The position numbers and the translations under genes are program-made. Shown piece by piece: positions 56,748-64,000 of a stretch of DNA of 64,000 nucleotides; position 1 is the stretch's first letter; each line of letters opens with the position of its first letter. The notes beneath the pieces were generated by a model that saw only the letters and a list, made by a program, of their open reading frames with translations, made no database searches and had not been told where the DNA came from. Source of the stretch: a virus (taxonomy: Duplodnaviria > Caudoviricetes); the IMG/VR virus record IMGVR_UViG_3300014208_000043, positions 1,690-65,689 of that record. One strand, 5' to 3'.

Positions 56748-57117
56748 CTCTTCCTACCACTACCGTCCCGCCCCGTACAACATGAGAGACAAGACGGATT
56801 CCGAATTGAGGGAAGAAGAGATTTTAGAAGAAACCGTAAAGCTCGAAATAGGAGAAGAAAACATGGGAAAGCCGCTTGATGAGAACGTCGAAAAAGAGGC
56901 CAGGAAGTTTTTCAAGACTATGCCGGACAACGCAAAGCTTTTTATCCAGCACCACATTCGGAATTGCCTTTTCCCGATCCCATTCATAATCCACAAACTT
57001 GAGAACCGGGAGACGATTACGCAGCTTCAGGTGAATTACGTGAAAAGCGCACTCGAACATCTTACCGCTGACCTTAACACTATAACCGGAAGCGAGAATG
57101 AACAGTCTCAAGGATAG
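56734..57117 (+). CDS. Hypothetical protein
   Basis: Acidic N-terminus then helical region; start uncertain. Confidence 0.5.
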   Translation: MEMDDSSYHYRPAPYNMRDKTDSELREEEILEETVKLEIGEENMGKPLDENVEKEARKFFKTMPDNAKLFIQHHIRNCLFPIPFIIHKLENRETITQLQVNYVKSALEHLTADLNTITGSENEQSQG

Positions 57118-57568
57118 ATACTACACTCCCCCCAGGTGCTACGAGAGCCTTCCTATTGACTGGGGAATGTTTTATTCAGCTCTTGAGCCGGCGGCAGGAG
57201 ATGGAAGGATTGCAAGGTTCCTTACTGGCAAGATTAGGGACATCCAGACATGCGAGATCGACATTGGAATTGATTTCTTTAAGTATGAATGGAAAGGCGA
57301 TCTAATACTCACCAATCCACCATTCTCGCTTTCTTTAGAATTTACTGAAAGGTGCGTAGAGATATCGAATACGTGTATTATGCTTCACCGTCTAGGGTTT
57401 CTCGCATCGCAGGATAGGAAAGATTTCATGAAAGCACATGAGCCGTGCTCCATATATGTTCTTTCTAATAGGCCGTCCTTCACCGGAAAAGGAACCGACA
57501 ATTCAGATTACGCGTGGATTTGTTGGGATAGAACAAACAGATTGCCAAGGGGAATATTTCATATTTAG
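57098..57568 (+). CDS. Compact N6-adenine DNA methyltransferase-like protein
   Basis: YYTPP, ALEPAAGDG (motif I), ILTNPPF (motif IV), YAWICW. Confidence 0.8.
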   Translation: MNSLKDRYYTPPRCYESLPIDWGMFYSALEPAAGDGRIARFLTGKIRDIQTCEIDIGIDFFKYEWKGDLILTNPPFSLSLEFTERCVEISNTCIMLHRLGFLASQDRKDFMKAHEPCSIYVLSNRPSFTGKGTDNSDYAWICWDRTNRLPRGIFHI

Positions 57569-57618
57569 GGGCATGGCCGGATAAAGGGCGAAAACATAAC
57601 GCCCTTTGCAAGTTGCAT
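57566..57618 (+). other. Leader site of cassette array 2 (attI-like or half attC)
   Basis: AAAGGGCG...CGCCCTTT GCAA GTTGCAT; shares motif with 19683-19724. Confidence 0.5.
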
Positions 57619-57669
57619 GCAATTTTGGCCGAAAGACATTAAGAGCGCCGCAAGGCAAGGAGAAGAAAG

Positions 57670-57951
57670 ATGTTAAACAAGCGTGATTGTGGAGCGATTG
57701 CCGCCGCAATGATTGTACGGCAATATTGTGACGAGGCAAATGGTTGTATTGGTTGCGTTTTTGATTTCGATGATAAGAGAGCAGATCTATTACCGCTATG
57801 TCCATTTGCCACAAATCCAAGACACTGGAAGTTTTTAGAAGAAGCGGCGCAAGGCATCGGCCAAAACAGCATGCAACAAGCGCCAGCACGAAATGGCGGG
57901 CAAGAAGATGAGCAGAAGCCCGCCACATCGTGCGATCCGGAAGCGCAATAA
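57670..57951 (+). CDS. Hypothetical Cys-rich protein (cassette B1)
   Basis: SD GGAG; C-terminal MQQAPARNGGQE...PATSCDPEAQ shared with the RNA ligase. Confidence 0.65.
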   Translation: MLNKRDCGAIAAAMIVRQYCDEANGCIGCVFDFDDKRADLLPLCPFATNPRHWKFLEEAAQGIGQNSMQQAPARNGGQEDEQKPATSCDPEAQ

Positions 57952-57989
57952 TATTATGGTCGCGCTCCCGGTGGCGCGGTCCGTTGTGT
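57871..57989 (+). repeat. attC-like site 10
   Basis: ATGCAAC...GTTGTGT; near copy of site 1. Confidence 0.85.
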
Positions 57990-58053
57990 GTAATTTTAAG
58001 ACGCGCAAGACAATTAAACCAGCGCCCAAGGGCGCAAAACAAGGGAGAAGAAA

Positions 58054-58422
58054 ATGGTACAAGAACTTTACGATGACTATGTTGAGGCTAAACGAGCTGT
58101 AAGAGGGGCCGAAGAATGGAACGCCCTCCCTGACGGCCCGATATATGAGTCCGGCGGTAAAATGGATGTTGCAATATCGCACTCTACAGCTCCTATGCTT
58201 ATGCGCATTGGCCAGCAAAATGCCGGTGGGAAAAATTATTGGGAATCTCCATCCGAACTTAATGCGGCAATTCTATATATCCTTGTAAGGGAGCAAGACG
58301 AGATAATAGAAAAGGCCATTTCTTATTTAAAAAGAGAAGAAGAGATGAAGCTTATTAAAGCCCAAAGATTTGTTGATGAGTTGCAAGATAAAATAAACTC
58401 AGTTAAAGGCGGCGCGTCTTAA
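58054..58422 (+). CDS. Hypothetical protein (cassette B2)
   Basis: 122 aa; leader near-identical to the cassette 9 leader. Confidence 0.7.
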   Translation: MVQELYDDYVEAKRAVRGAEEWNALPDGPIYESGGKMDVAISHSTAPMLMRIGQQNAGGKNYWESPSELNAAILYILVREQDEIIEKAISYLKREEEMKLIKAQRFVDELQDKINSVKGGAS

Positions 58423-58428
58423 AACAAC

Positions 58429-58535
58429 ACACAACATTTGCCAAGGTGGTTCGGGCCGTTCCCGGCCCTCAACCCAAATGCGCGAAACATTAGATTTTTT
58501 GAATCGCGCACTTCACCTTGGCAAGGCCGTTGTAT
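58429..58535 (+). repeat. attC-like site 11
   Basis: ACACAAC atttgccaaggtg...caccttggcaaggcc GTTGTAT. Confidence 0.85.
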
Positions 58536-58574
58536 GCAAAACCGCCACAAGACAAAAACAAAAAGGAGAAAAAG

Positions 58575-58751
58575 ATGGAACAGTGGAAATGCTCAAAGTT
58601 TGACAAGGCGAACAAGTGGAACGTGTCTGGCACTACGACAATTCATCCTACATTCGCCGAAGCCAACCACAGGGCGACGGAAATCCTTAATGACCTTGGG
58701 GATTTAGGTCGGAATATTTATTCTGTTATGCTGGAGCCTATCATTGTTTAA
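58575..58751 (+). CDS. Hypothetical protein, 58 aa (cassette B3)
   Basis: SD AAGGAG; MEQWKCSKF... Confidence 0.6.
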   Translation: MEQWKCSKFDKANKWNVSGTTTIHPTFAEANHRATEILNDLGDLGRNIYSVMLEPIIV

Positions 58752-58766
58752 GAGTGGCGGTTCAGC

Positions 58767-58820
58767 ATACAACTAGCAAAGCACGGCGTTTCACTGCCGT
58801 GCATTTGCCGGACGTTGTGT
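58767..58820 (+). repeat. attC-like site 12 (54 nt)
   Basis: ATACAAC ta GCAAA-GCACGGC...GCCGTGC-A-TTTGC cggac GTTGTGT; one extrahelical base. Confidence 0.85.
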
Positions 58821-58875
58821 GTAATGCTGTCCGAGATAGCCGAAGAGTGTGCGCAATACAAACGAGGAGAATGGC

Positions 58876-59085
58876 ATGAAAATTCTAATGTTTGAAAATG
58901 TTGACTTTTACGAATTTAGATTTGAAGGGAAAATAGCTAGAATGTATGAAAGGCAATATGTCCAAGACAGGGCAAAACAGATGAACGATAATAAGCCAAA
59001 TGCTTTTTTAGATGCCTTTAGGAAAGAAATGGGGTTCAGGAATATAGGAGCGCGCACGGAATCGGGCAGCACAACACACAACTAG
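58876..59085 (+). CDS. Hypothetical protein (cassette B4)
   Basis: SD GAGGAG; MKILMFENVDF...; stop just inside the attC. Confidence 0.6.
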   Translation: MKILMFENVDFYEFRFEGKIARMYERQYVQDRAKQMNDNKPNAFLDAFRKEMGFRNIGARTESGSTTHN

Positions 59086-59129
59086 CAAAGCACGTAGTTT
59101 CCACTACGTGCATTTGCCGGACGTTCTAT
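59076..59129 (+). repeat. attC-like site 13 (54 nt)
   Basis: Same family as site 12 with a compensated inner stem (GCACGTAG/CTACGTGC); right core GTTCTAT. Confidence 0.85.
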
Positions 59130-59185
59130 GCAATACAACCGCCAAGGCAAAGAAAAGAGCGCGCCCTAAGAAAAGACAAAGCAAA

Positions 59186-59944
59186 ATGAAACCATATTAC
59201 GAACACGCCGGAATCACAATCTATCACGGAGACTGCCGGGAAATTTTAATTCAGCTCGCCCCGGATTCCGTGATAACAGACCCGGTTTGGCCGAATGCAA
59301 GGGTTCCGCTTTTCGGACAAAAAGACCCGTTCGGAATGATGCGGGAAATGGTCGCAGTCCTTGCCGATTCTTGCAAGCGCCTTGCCGTCCATCTTGGCTG
59401 TGATAGCGACCCGCGTTTTTTAAGTTCTGTCATGCCCCTGGTTTTCCCGTTCTTCCGTGTGGTCTGGTTTGAATATGCTCGGCCACATTATAAAGGGCGT
59501 TTGATGTACGGCTCTGATGTCGCTTACCTTTTCGGCATCCCGCCCAAATCCCGGAAAGGCGCACATGTTATTCCGGGTAGGCTCATTGATGCGGATTCAA
59601 GCGGCCGCCAATCAGACCACCCGTGTCCTCGTAAAATAGGTTTTGCAAAATGGCTCGTTAATTGGTGGAGCGATTTGAATGATTTGGTTTGCGACCCATT
59701 CATGGGGAGCGGAACCACATTGGTTGCGGCCAAACAATTAAACCGGCGAGCAATCGGAATTGAATACGAGGAAAAATACTGCGAGGAAGCGGCCCGGCGT
59801 TTAAGCCAGGAAGAATTATTCGGAACGGGCGCGCAAGACCAAAGGCAGGCGGTTGTACAGCATAGAACAAGCGCAAGGGCAAAAGGCACGGAAGAATTGA
59901 ATTTGGAGCCGTGCCCTTCGCCCGCCCCGGACGCGCTTAAATAA
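59186..59944 (+). CDS. Beta-class N4/N6 DNA methyltransferase (cassette B5)
   Basis: IYHGDCRE, VITDPVW (DPPY-like), HPCPR, VCDPFMGSGTTLVAAKQLNRRAIGIE; tail encoded by the attC. Confidence 0.9.
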   Translation: MKPYYEHAGITIYHGDCREILIQLAPDSVITDPVWPNARVPLFGQKDPFGMMREMVAVLADSCKRLAVHLGCDSDPRFLSSVMPLVFPFFRVVWFEYARPHYKGRLMYGSDVAYLFGIPPKSRKGAHVIPGRLIDADSSGRQSDHPCPRKIGFAKWLVNWWSDLNDLVCDPFMGSGTTLVAAKQLNRRAIGIEYEEKYCEEAARRLSQEELFGTGAQDQRQAVVQHRTSARAKGTEELNLEPCPSPAPDALK

Positions 59945-59980
59945 ATATGGAATGCGCGTCCGGTTGCGCATCCGTTGTCC
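59862..59980 (+). repeat. attC-like site 14 (last of array 2)
   Basis: ATAGAAC aa GCGCAA...TTGCGC atcc GTTGTCC; branched like sites 1 and 10. Confidence 0.8.
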
Positions 59981-60012
59981 GACATTGAAACGTCGCACAA
60001 CAAGAAAGTAAA

Positions 60013-60405
60013 ATGACAAACCTTCAAAAGAGGATATCTAAATATAAGCGCGACAACCCTAGAAAATCGGTTGTGCAAAAATATAAAAACACCAAGTGTA
60101 GGTGTTCACATAATCATATTCATGCCAGTAGGAAAGAGGCCCGCGACTGCGAAAAGGTGGAGATGCTTAAAAAGAGCGGGGAATTCAAAGAGGCAAAAAC
60201 ACAAGTAAGCTTTCCGCTTTACGCATATTCAGCAGGGATAAAGGTTCAGGTTTGTACTCATATTGTTGACAAGCTTGTTACACGGAAAGATGGAACGCAA
60301 GAGGTGATCGAAACGAAAGGTTTTTGCACCCCAGAGTGGGCCCTGAAAAGGAAACTATTTGAGGCAAACTACCCAGACATAATTTATTCAGTTTGGCGTT
60401 GCTAA
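60013..60405 (+). CDS. DUF1064-like restriction-fold endonuclease/resolvase
   Basis: KYKNTK, HASRKEA, HIVDKLV...VIETKGF. Confidence 0.7.
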   Translation: MTNLQKRISKYKRDNPRKSVVQKYKNTKCRCSHNHIHASRKEARDCEKVEMLKKSGEFKEAKTQVSFPLYAYSAGIKVQVCTHIVDKLVTRKDGTQEVIETKGFCTPEWALKRKLFEANYPDIIYSVWRC

Positions 60406-60419
60406 ACAGAGAGGACTAA

Positions 60420-60665
60420 ATGAACCAAGCGATTGAAAACCTGAAAGAGCTTGCCAGGGGCATGAAGCAGACGGCGAAAGATTACGGAGGATCCAGAATT
60501 TCCAGAGAATTCAACATCGCGGCAGACCGGATAGGCTTCGAGCTTAACCGCATCGAGAAAAACATGGACGATATGTGGGCGGAAATCGGGGCGCAGGGTC
60601 ACGAGCTTAACACCATCAAGGACGGCCGCATTTATAAAATATTAAAAGCATTGCATATTTTATAA
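60420..60665 (+). CDS. Hypothetical protein
   Basis: SD GAGGA; 81 aa. Confidence 0.6.
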   Translation: MNQAIENLKELARGMKQTAKDYGGSRISREFNIAADRIGFELNRIEKNMDDMWAEIGAQGHELNTIKDGRIYKILKALHIL

Positions 60666-60679
60666 TTTGTATATATATT
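60651..60679 (+). promoter_or_regulatory. Possible promoter of the terminase genes
   Basis: TTGCAT, 17 nt, TATATT, 6 nt before ATG 60686. Confidence 0.5.
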
Positions 60680-60685
60680 TTAGGC

Positions 60686-61264
60686 ATGGGCGCTAAGTCC
60701 AAGACTCCTAAAACTGAAGAGCCAAAGGCAAAGCTTGGTAGGCCGATGAAGCAGGACTACAAGCCAGAATATTGCCAAGACATTATCAATTATTTCAAAG
60801 TCACAGAGCTTTATAAATCCATTCCAAAATTTGTGTCATATTATCCCGCCGAAAAAGGGAGCACCGCTGAGCATGGCGGAATAAAGTCACAGGCGTTTGA
60901 GATTGTTGCCACGACACCGGCGCACCTTCAGGCTTGGGCCAGAGAGAAGGGGATCGACCGGCAGCGGATTCATGTCTGGAGGAAAAAGTATCCTGAATTT
61001 GCCGAGGCCGTCGATATCTGTAAGGATATGAGATCTGAACTTATTCGGGACAATGGGCTTAATGGGATGTATGATGCCAGGTTTGCCCAGATGGCGGCGA
61101 TGAACTATGCCGAGGTGGGGTGGCGGATGAAGACTGAGAATAAGCCTGACGTAAACGTTACTGACGTAAATTTAAACGATGTATGGAAAGAGAGGGAGAA
61201 GAAAATAGAAGAAGAAAAGAAAGAAGCCGAAAAGAAGAATAAGAAAACAGCAGATGGAAAATGA
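60686..61264 (+). CDS. terS: Terminase small subunit (P22 gp3-like)
   Basis: GRP..DYKPEYC, WRKKYPEF, GLNGMYDARFA; immediately upstream of the large subunit. Confidence 0.75.
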   Translation: MGAKSKTPKTEEPKAKLGRPMKQDYKPEYCQDIINYFKVTELYKSIPKFVSYYPAEKGSTAEHGGIKSQAFEIVATTPAHLQAWAREKGIDRQRIHVWRKKYPEFAEAVDICKDMRSELIRDNGLNGMYDARFAQMAAMNYAEVGWRMKTENKPDVNVTDVNLNDVWKEREKKIEEEKKEAEKKNKKTADGK

Positions 61265-63386
61265 ATCCCAATCAAGAACACCTCGTTCATTTTTAGCCCT
61301 ACCGAAAAAAGCCACTGATTATTATTTACACCACAGCTACGAATTTGTTTGCGATTTAATTTTAAAGCCCGTATGGCATTTATATAAGCCAAGCAAACAG
61401 CAAAAAACATTTTTAGACGCTTACGATAAATACAACAGAATCCATGTTGATAGCGGACACTCTACAGCCAAAAGCACAACAATGAGTTGGATGGGAATCC
61501 ATTTTCTAGTTTGCCGACCATCTTTAAATTCTGAGTGCAAGGTCCCGTGTACCGCCCCAACAATGACACAACTTAAAGATGTCCTTTGGGGAAACTTTAG
61601 CAAGTGGATAGGGATTTCTCTTATTTCCGATGATCTTGTTTGGCAGGAGATGAGCATAAAGCATACAAAGATGCCACACCCTCACTATGCGGCTATTCGG
61701 CCATCTAATCGTGCGGCAAATATGCAGGGCCAGCATGCCAAGCATCTTCTTTGGCTTATTGATGAGGCCTATGGAATAGTTAAGAATGACGTATGGGAAA
61801 CAATAAACGGATCCCTTACCAATGATGATAATAAAATAATAACCGCCGGGCAGCCCACAATGGTTACTGGCTATTGTGCCGATCTGAAAAATCCAAAGAG
61901 AAGTCCGGAATACATCGAACCGAGGGGAATATGCCTAAGATTTAGCTCCCTGGATGCCCCGCCAAGCATATGCAAGCCTGAATGGCTTGAGGATATGAAG
62001 AACAAATGGGGCGTCACCCATGACGTTTACCGGGTCCGAGTGCTCGGGCTCCCACCATTAGGCAACCCAAAGGCCTTTATAACGCTCCAGGAGGCCCAAG
62101 GAGCCGTGGATCGGGAAGAAGTCGATACGACGGGAGCCGTTGAAATTGGTGTTGACCCTGCCCGGGATGGAGACGACCTGTGCGTTATGGCCGTCCGGAA
62201 GGGGTGTAAGTACTTTCCGCTTGAAACGATGCCGAAATCCGACGAAATAGAAATAGCCGCCATGATTTTGCGCCGGGTCCGGGAGATAAGGATGGAAAAG
62301 GATCCCGCTTTCCCGTACCGTTTAGGCTTTAAAGGGAGAATTCGCGTTAAAATCGGCGTTGCCGGTGGTTACGGTGCCGGCGCCGCGGACATCCTGAAGC
62401 GGAATAAGAAGGACAATATCGAGGTTGTCGAGGTTCAGGAGGGCGGCGGGGGCAATGAGGATTACGGAAACGCCTCCGCGGTAATGTGGGCCGAATTCAA
62501 GAATGCCCTGCCGAAGCTTTCCCTTCCGGACGACGACGACCTTGTGGGCCAGCTGTGCAGCCGGGAGACCGACATCGACATGAAGGGCGGGAAGACCTGG
62601 ATGGAGGCGAAGAAGAAGTACAAGGCCAGGATGGGCCACTCCCCGGACCGGGCGGACGCCGTTATAATCTGCTGGACGGAGCAAGCGGCCAAGGCCAAGC
62701 TGATTGAAGGCGATATTTCCGGGAGCTCAACGAAGATTGTGGTGAACTGGAAAACCCTTTCTCCGGAAACCGTTCCGATGATTGCGCTCTATACCGATAA
62801 GGAAACGAAGACCGGTGCGGCCGTGGTACTCTGGAAGCAGGAGACATCAACCGTTTACGTGCTTCTTTCCAGGGATTACGATTGCGCCAGGCCGGAAAAG
62901 ATTTTCGCTGATTTATCCGAAACCATGAACCGCATCTCCGATGGGTTTGTCCGGAACATTAAAACCTTTGAGTGGTTTGGGAACAAGCCGTATGACAACA
63001 TCGGCCTCGGGACAATACGGGACACCTGGAGCAAGGCCGGGATAAACGTAAGAGCGAATCCCATGTTCAATATCGACGGAGCCGTCCTTGCCGTGAACCG
63101 CTTTCTATCCAGGAAAGGAATTATATTCGATGACGTTTGGGCCGGGCAACTCATTGTTGATTTGCAGGGTTGGTACGCTGAAGAAAAAGAGGGTGCGCCG
63201 AATTCTATCCTTGCGCTTGCTTCGATAATCTCAGTGATAAATGACGGGACATACATCAACCGGCAGCGGCCAATTCCAAAGTTTTCACCTGAGAGCACAG
63301 AGGTAAAAAAGAGATTCGAGGAAAATATTCAGACGGGAAGACCCTTCGGACAGACCAATGCGGATTCTGATTCTTGGATGTTTTAA
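61254..63386 (+). CDS. terL: Terminase large subunit with C-terminal extension
   Basis: Walker A SGHSTAKS, Walker B LIDEA, nuclease IGVDPARDGDD, SPDRADA. Confidence 0.9.
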   Translation: MENESQSRTPRSFLALPKKATDYYLHHSYEFVCDLILKPVWHLYKPSKQQKTFLDAYDKYNRIHVDSGHSTAKSTTMSWMGIHFLVCRPSLNSECKVPCTAPTMTQLKDVLWGNFSKWIGISLISDDLVWQEMSIKHTKMPHPHYAAIRPSNRAANMQGQHAKHLLWLIDEAYGIVKNDVWETINGSLTNDDNKIITAGQPTMVTGYCADLKNPKRSPEYIEPRGICLRFSSLDAPPSICKPEWLEDMKNKWGVTHDVYRVRVLGLPPLGNPKAFITLQEAQGAVDREEVDTTGAVEIGVDPARDGDDLCVMAVRKGCKYFPLETMPKSDEIEIAAMILRRVREIRMEKDPAFPYRLGFKGRIRVKIGVAGGYGAGAADILKRNKKDNIEVVEVQEGGGGNEDYGNASAVMWAEFKNALPKLSLPDDDDLVGQLCSRETDIDMKGGKTWMEAKKKYKARMGHSPDRADAVIICWTEQAAKAKLIEGDISGSSTKIVVNWKTLSPETVPMIALYTDKETKTGAAVVLWKQETSTVYVLLSRDYDCARPEKIFADLSETMNRISDGFVRNIKTFEWFGNKPYDNIGLGTIRDTWSKAGINVRANPMFNIDGAVLAVNRFLSRKGIIFDDVWAGQLIVDLQGWYAEEKEGAPNSILALASIISVINDGTYINRQRPIPKFSPESTEVKKRFEENIQTGRPFGQTNADSDSWMF

Positions 63387-63396
63387 AAAATAGTTG

Positions 63397-63533
63397 TTGC
63401 AGTTCACAAATTTTAAATTTATCTTTATTGGCGTAATGGACAAACTCATTGGAAATAATTCATAGGGGCCGCCTCCGGGCGGGGCAACTGTCTGTTTAAT
63501 CTTGTCCATTACCAGGCACCCCTATGTTTTTTT
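63397..63533 (+). promoter_or_regulatory. Promoter plus attenuator-like leader of the replication gene
   Basis: TTGCAG, 17 nt, TATCTT; GTAATGGACAA/TTGTCCATTAC interleaved with CATAGGGG/CCCCTATG followed by T7. Confidence 0.5.
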
Positions 63534-63546
63534 ATTTGAGGTTCAA

Positions 63547-64000
63547 ATGGCAAAAAGATTTACGTCAACTGAAATATGGGATGACCCATGGTTTCAGGAA
63601 TTAGATTTTAAGGCTAAATTATTCTGGAAATATCTTTGTGATAAATGTGATATAATAGGGTTTTGGAAAGAAAACAAGAAATTGGCGGAACTCCAATTAG
63701 GTTTTAAAATAGATATTCCAAAAATGCTTGTTGATATAAACAAAGGAAAAGAAAGAGTTGGTGTTTATTCAAATGGATTGTTTATTCTCGACTTTGCCGA
63801 TTATCAATACGGTTCTTTTCGGACATCAAACCACTCTTTTCATAAAGGGTTGGTCATAAAGATAGATACCCTATTACATACCCTATCAAATAGGGTATTG
63901 GATACCCTTAAGGATCAGGAAGAGGATCAGGAAGAGGATCAGGAAGAGGTAAAGGAAGAGGTAAAGGAAGAGGTAAAGGAAGAGGTAAAGGAAGAGGTAA
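63547..64000 (+). CDS. Phage replication initiator / replisome organiser (3'-truncated)
   Basis: Own translation MAKRFTSTEIWDDPWFQELDFKAKLFWKYLCDKCDIIGFW...; SD GAGG; iteron-like repeats and an acidic linker follow. Confidence 0.7.
   Translation, partial: MAKRFTSTEIWDDPWFQELDFKAKLFWKYLCDKCDIIGFWKENKKLAELQLGFKIDIPKMLVDINKGKERVGVYSNGLFILDFADYQYGSFRTSNHSFHKGLVIKIDTLLHTLSNRVLDTLKDQEEDQEEDQEEVKEEVKEEVKEEVKEEV
63910..64000 (+). repeat. 12-bp tandem repeat (GAAGAGGATCAG then GAAGAGGTAAAG)
   Basis: About 7.5 units encoding EEDQ/EEVK; runs to the window end. Confidence 0.9.

Larger units (their letters stand above)
57612..59980 (+). mobile_element. Integron-like gene-cassette array 2 (5 cassettes, no integrase)
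   Basis: Five attC-like hairpins; all five cassettes have complementary 5' and 3' cores, including the variant GTTCTAT/ATAGAAC. Confidence 0.85.

Noticed and set aside
20712-59980. Hairpins as simple intrinsic terminators or REP/BIME elements
   Set aside because: They lack U-tracts, and terminators would not explain the cassette-specific complementarity between each unit's 5' and 3' cores. A secondary effect on transcription is not excluded.
1-64000. Reverse transcriptase, DGR, retron, transposase, rRNA or stop-codon recoding
   Set aside because: No YxDD RT motifs or transposase-like ORFs. Long genes read through under the standard code with dense coupling, so recoding is not needed.

Overview
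The window is most of a tailed dsDNA phage genome with a P22/N4-like podovirus layout; essentially all credible genes lie on the + strand. In order: a small regulatory and recombination region (RHH protein, PD-(D/E)XK nuclease, RecT-like annealase, Ssb, GroES-like protein); a ~12 kb glycan-biosynthesis island (GT2s, a GT6 fusion, two SDR sugar-nucleotide enzymes, two methyltransferases, a radical SAM enzyme); cassette array 1 (19.7-24.8 kb); portal, scaffold, capsid, tail and ejection genes ending in a 2708-aa polyvalent protein and an M15 endolysin; cassette array 2 (57.6-60.0 kb); terminase subunits; and a truncated replication initiator. The main signal is 14 small gene cassettes in two arrays, separated by 54-151 nt attC-like hairpins with invariant AAC...GTT cores. 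In 13 of 14 cassettes the 7-nt core at the 5' end is the exact complement of the core at that cassette's own 3' end, whereas only 2 of 14 hairpins match internally. This is the footprint expected of integron-type G|TT recombination, yet no integrase is visible in the window. Other notable observations: a small ORF carrying a copy of the capsid N-terminal peptide, a 4-copy palindromic promoter/operator, sigma70 promoters with out-of-frame ORFs inside the giant gene, a C-terminal tag shared by two glycosyltransferases, and two attenuator-like leaders. All calls come from reading motifs by eye; no database searches were run, and the host cannot be identified.
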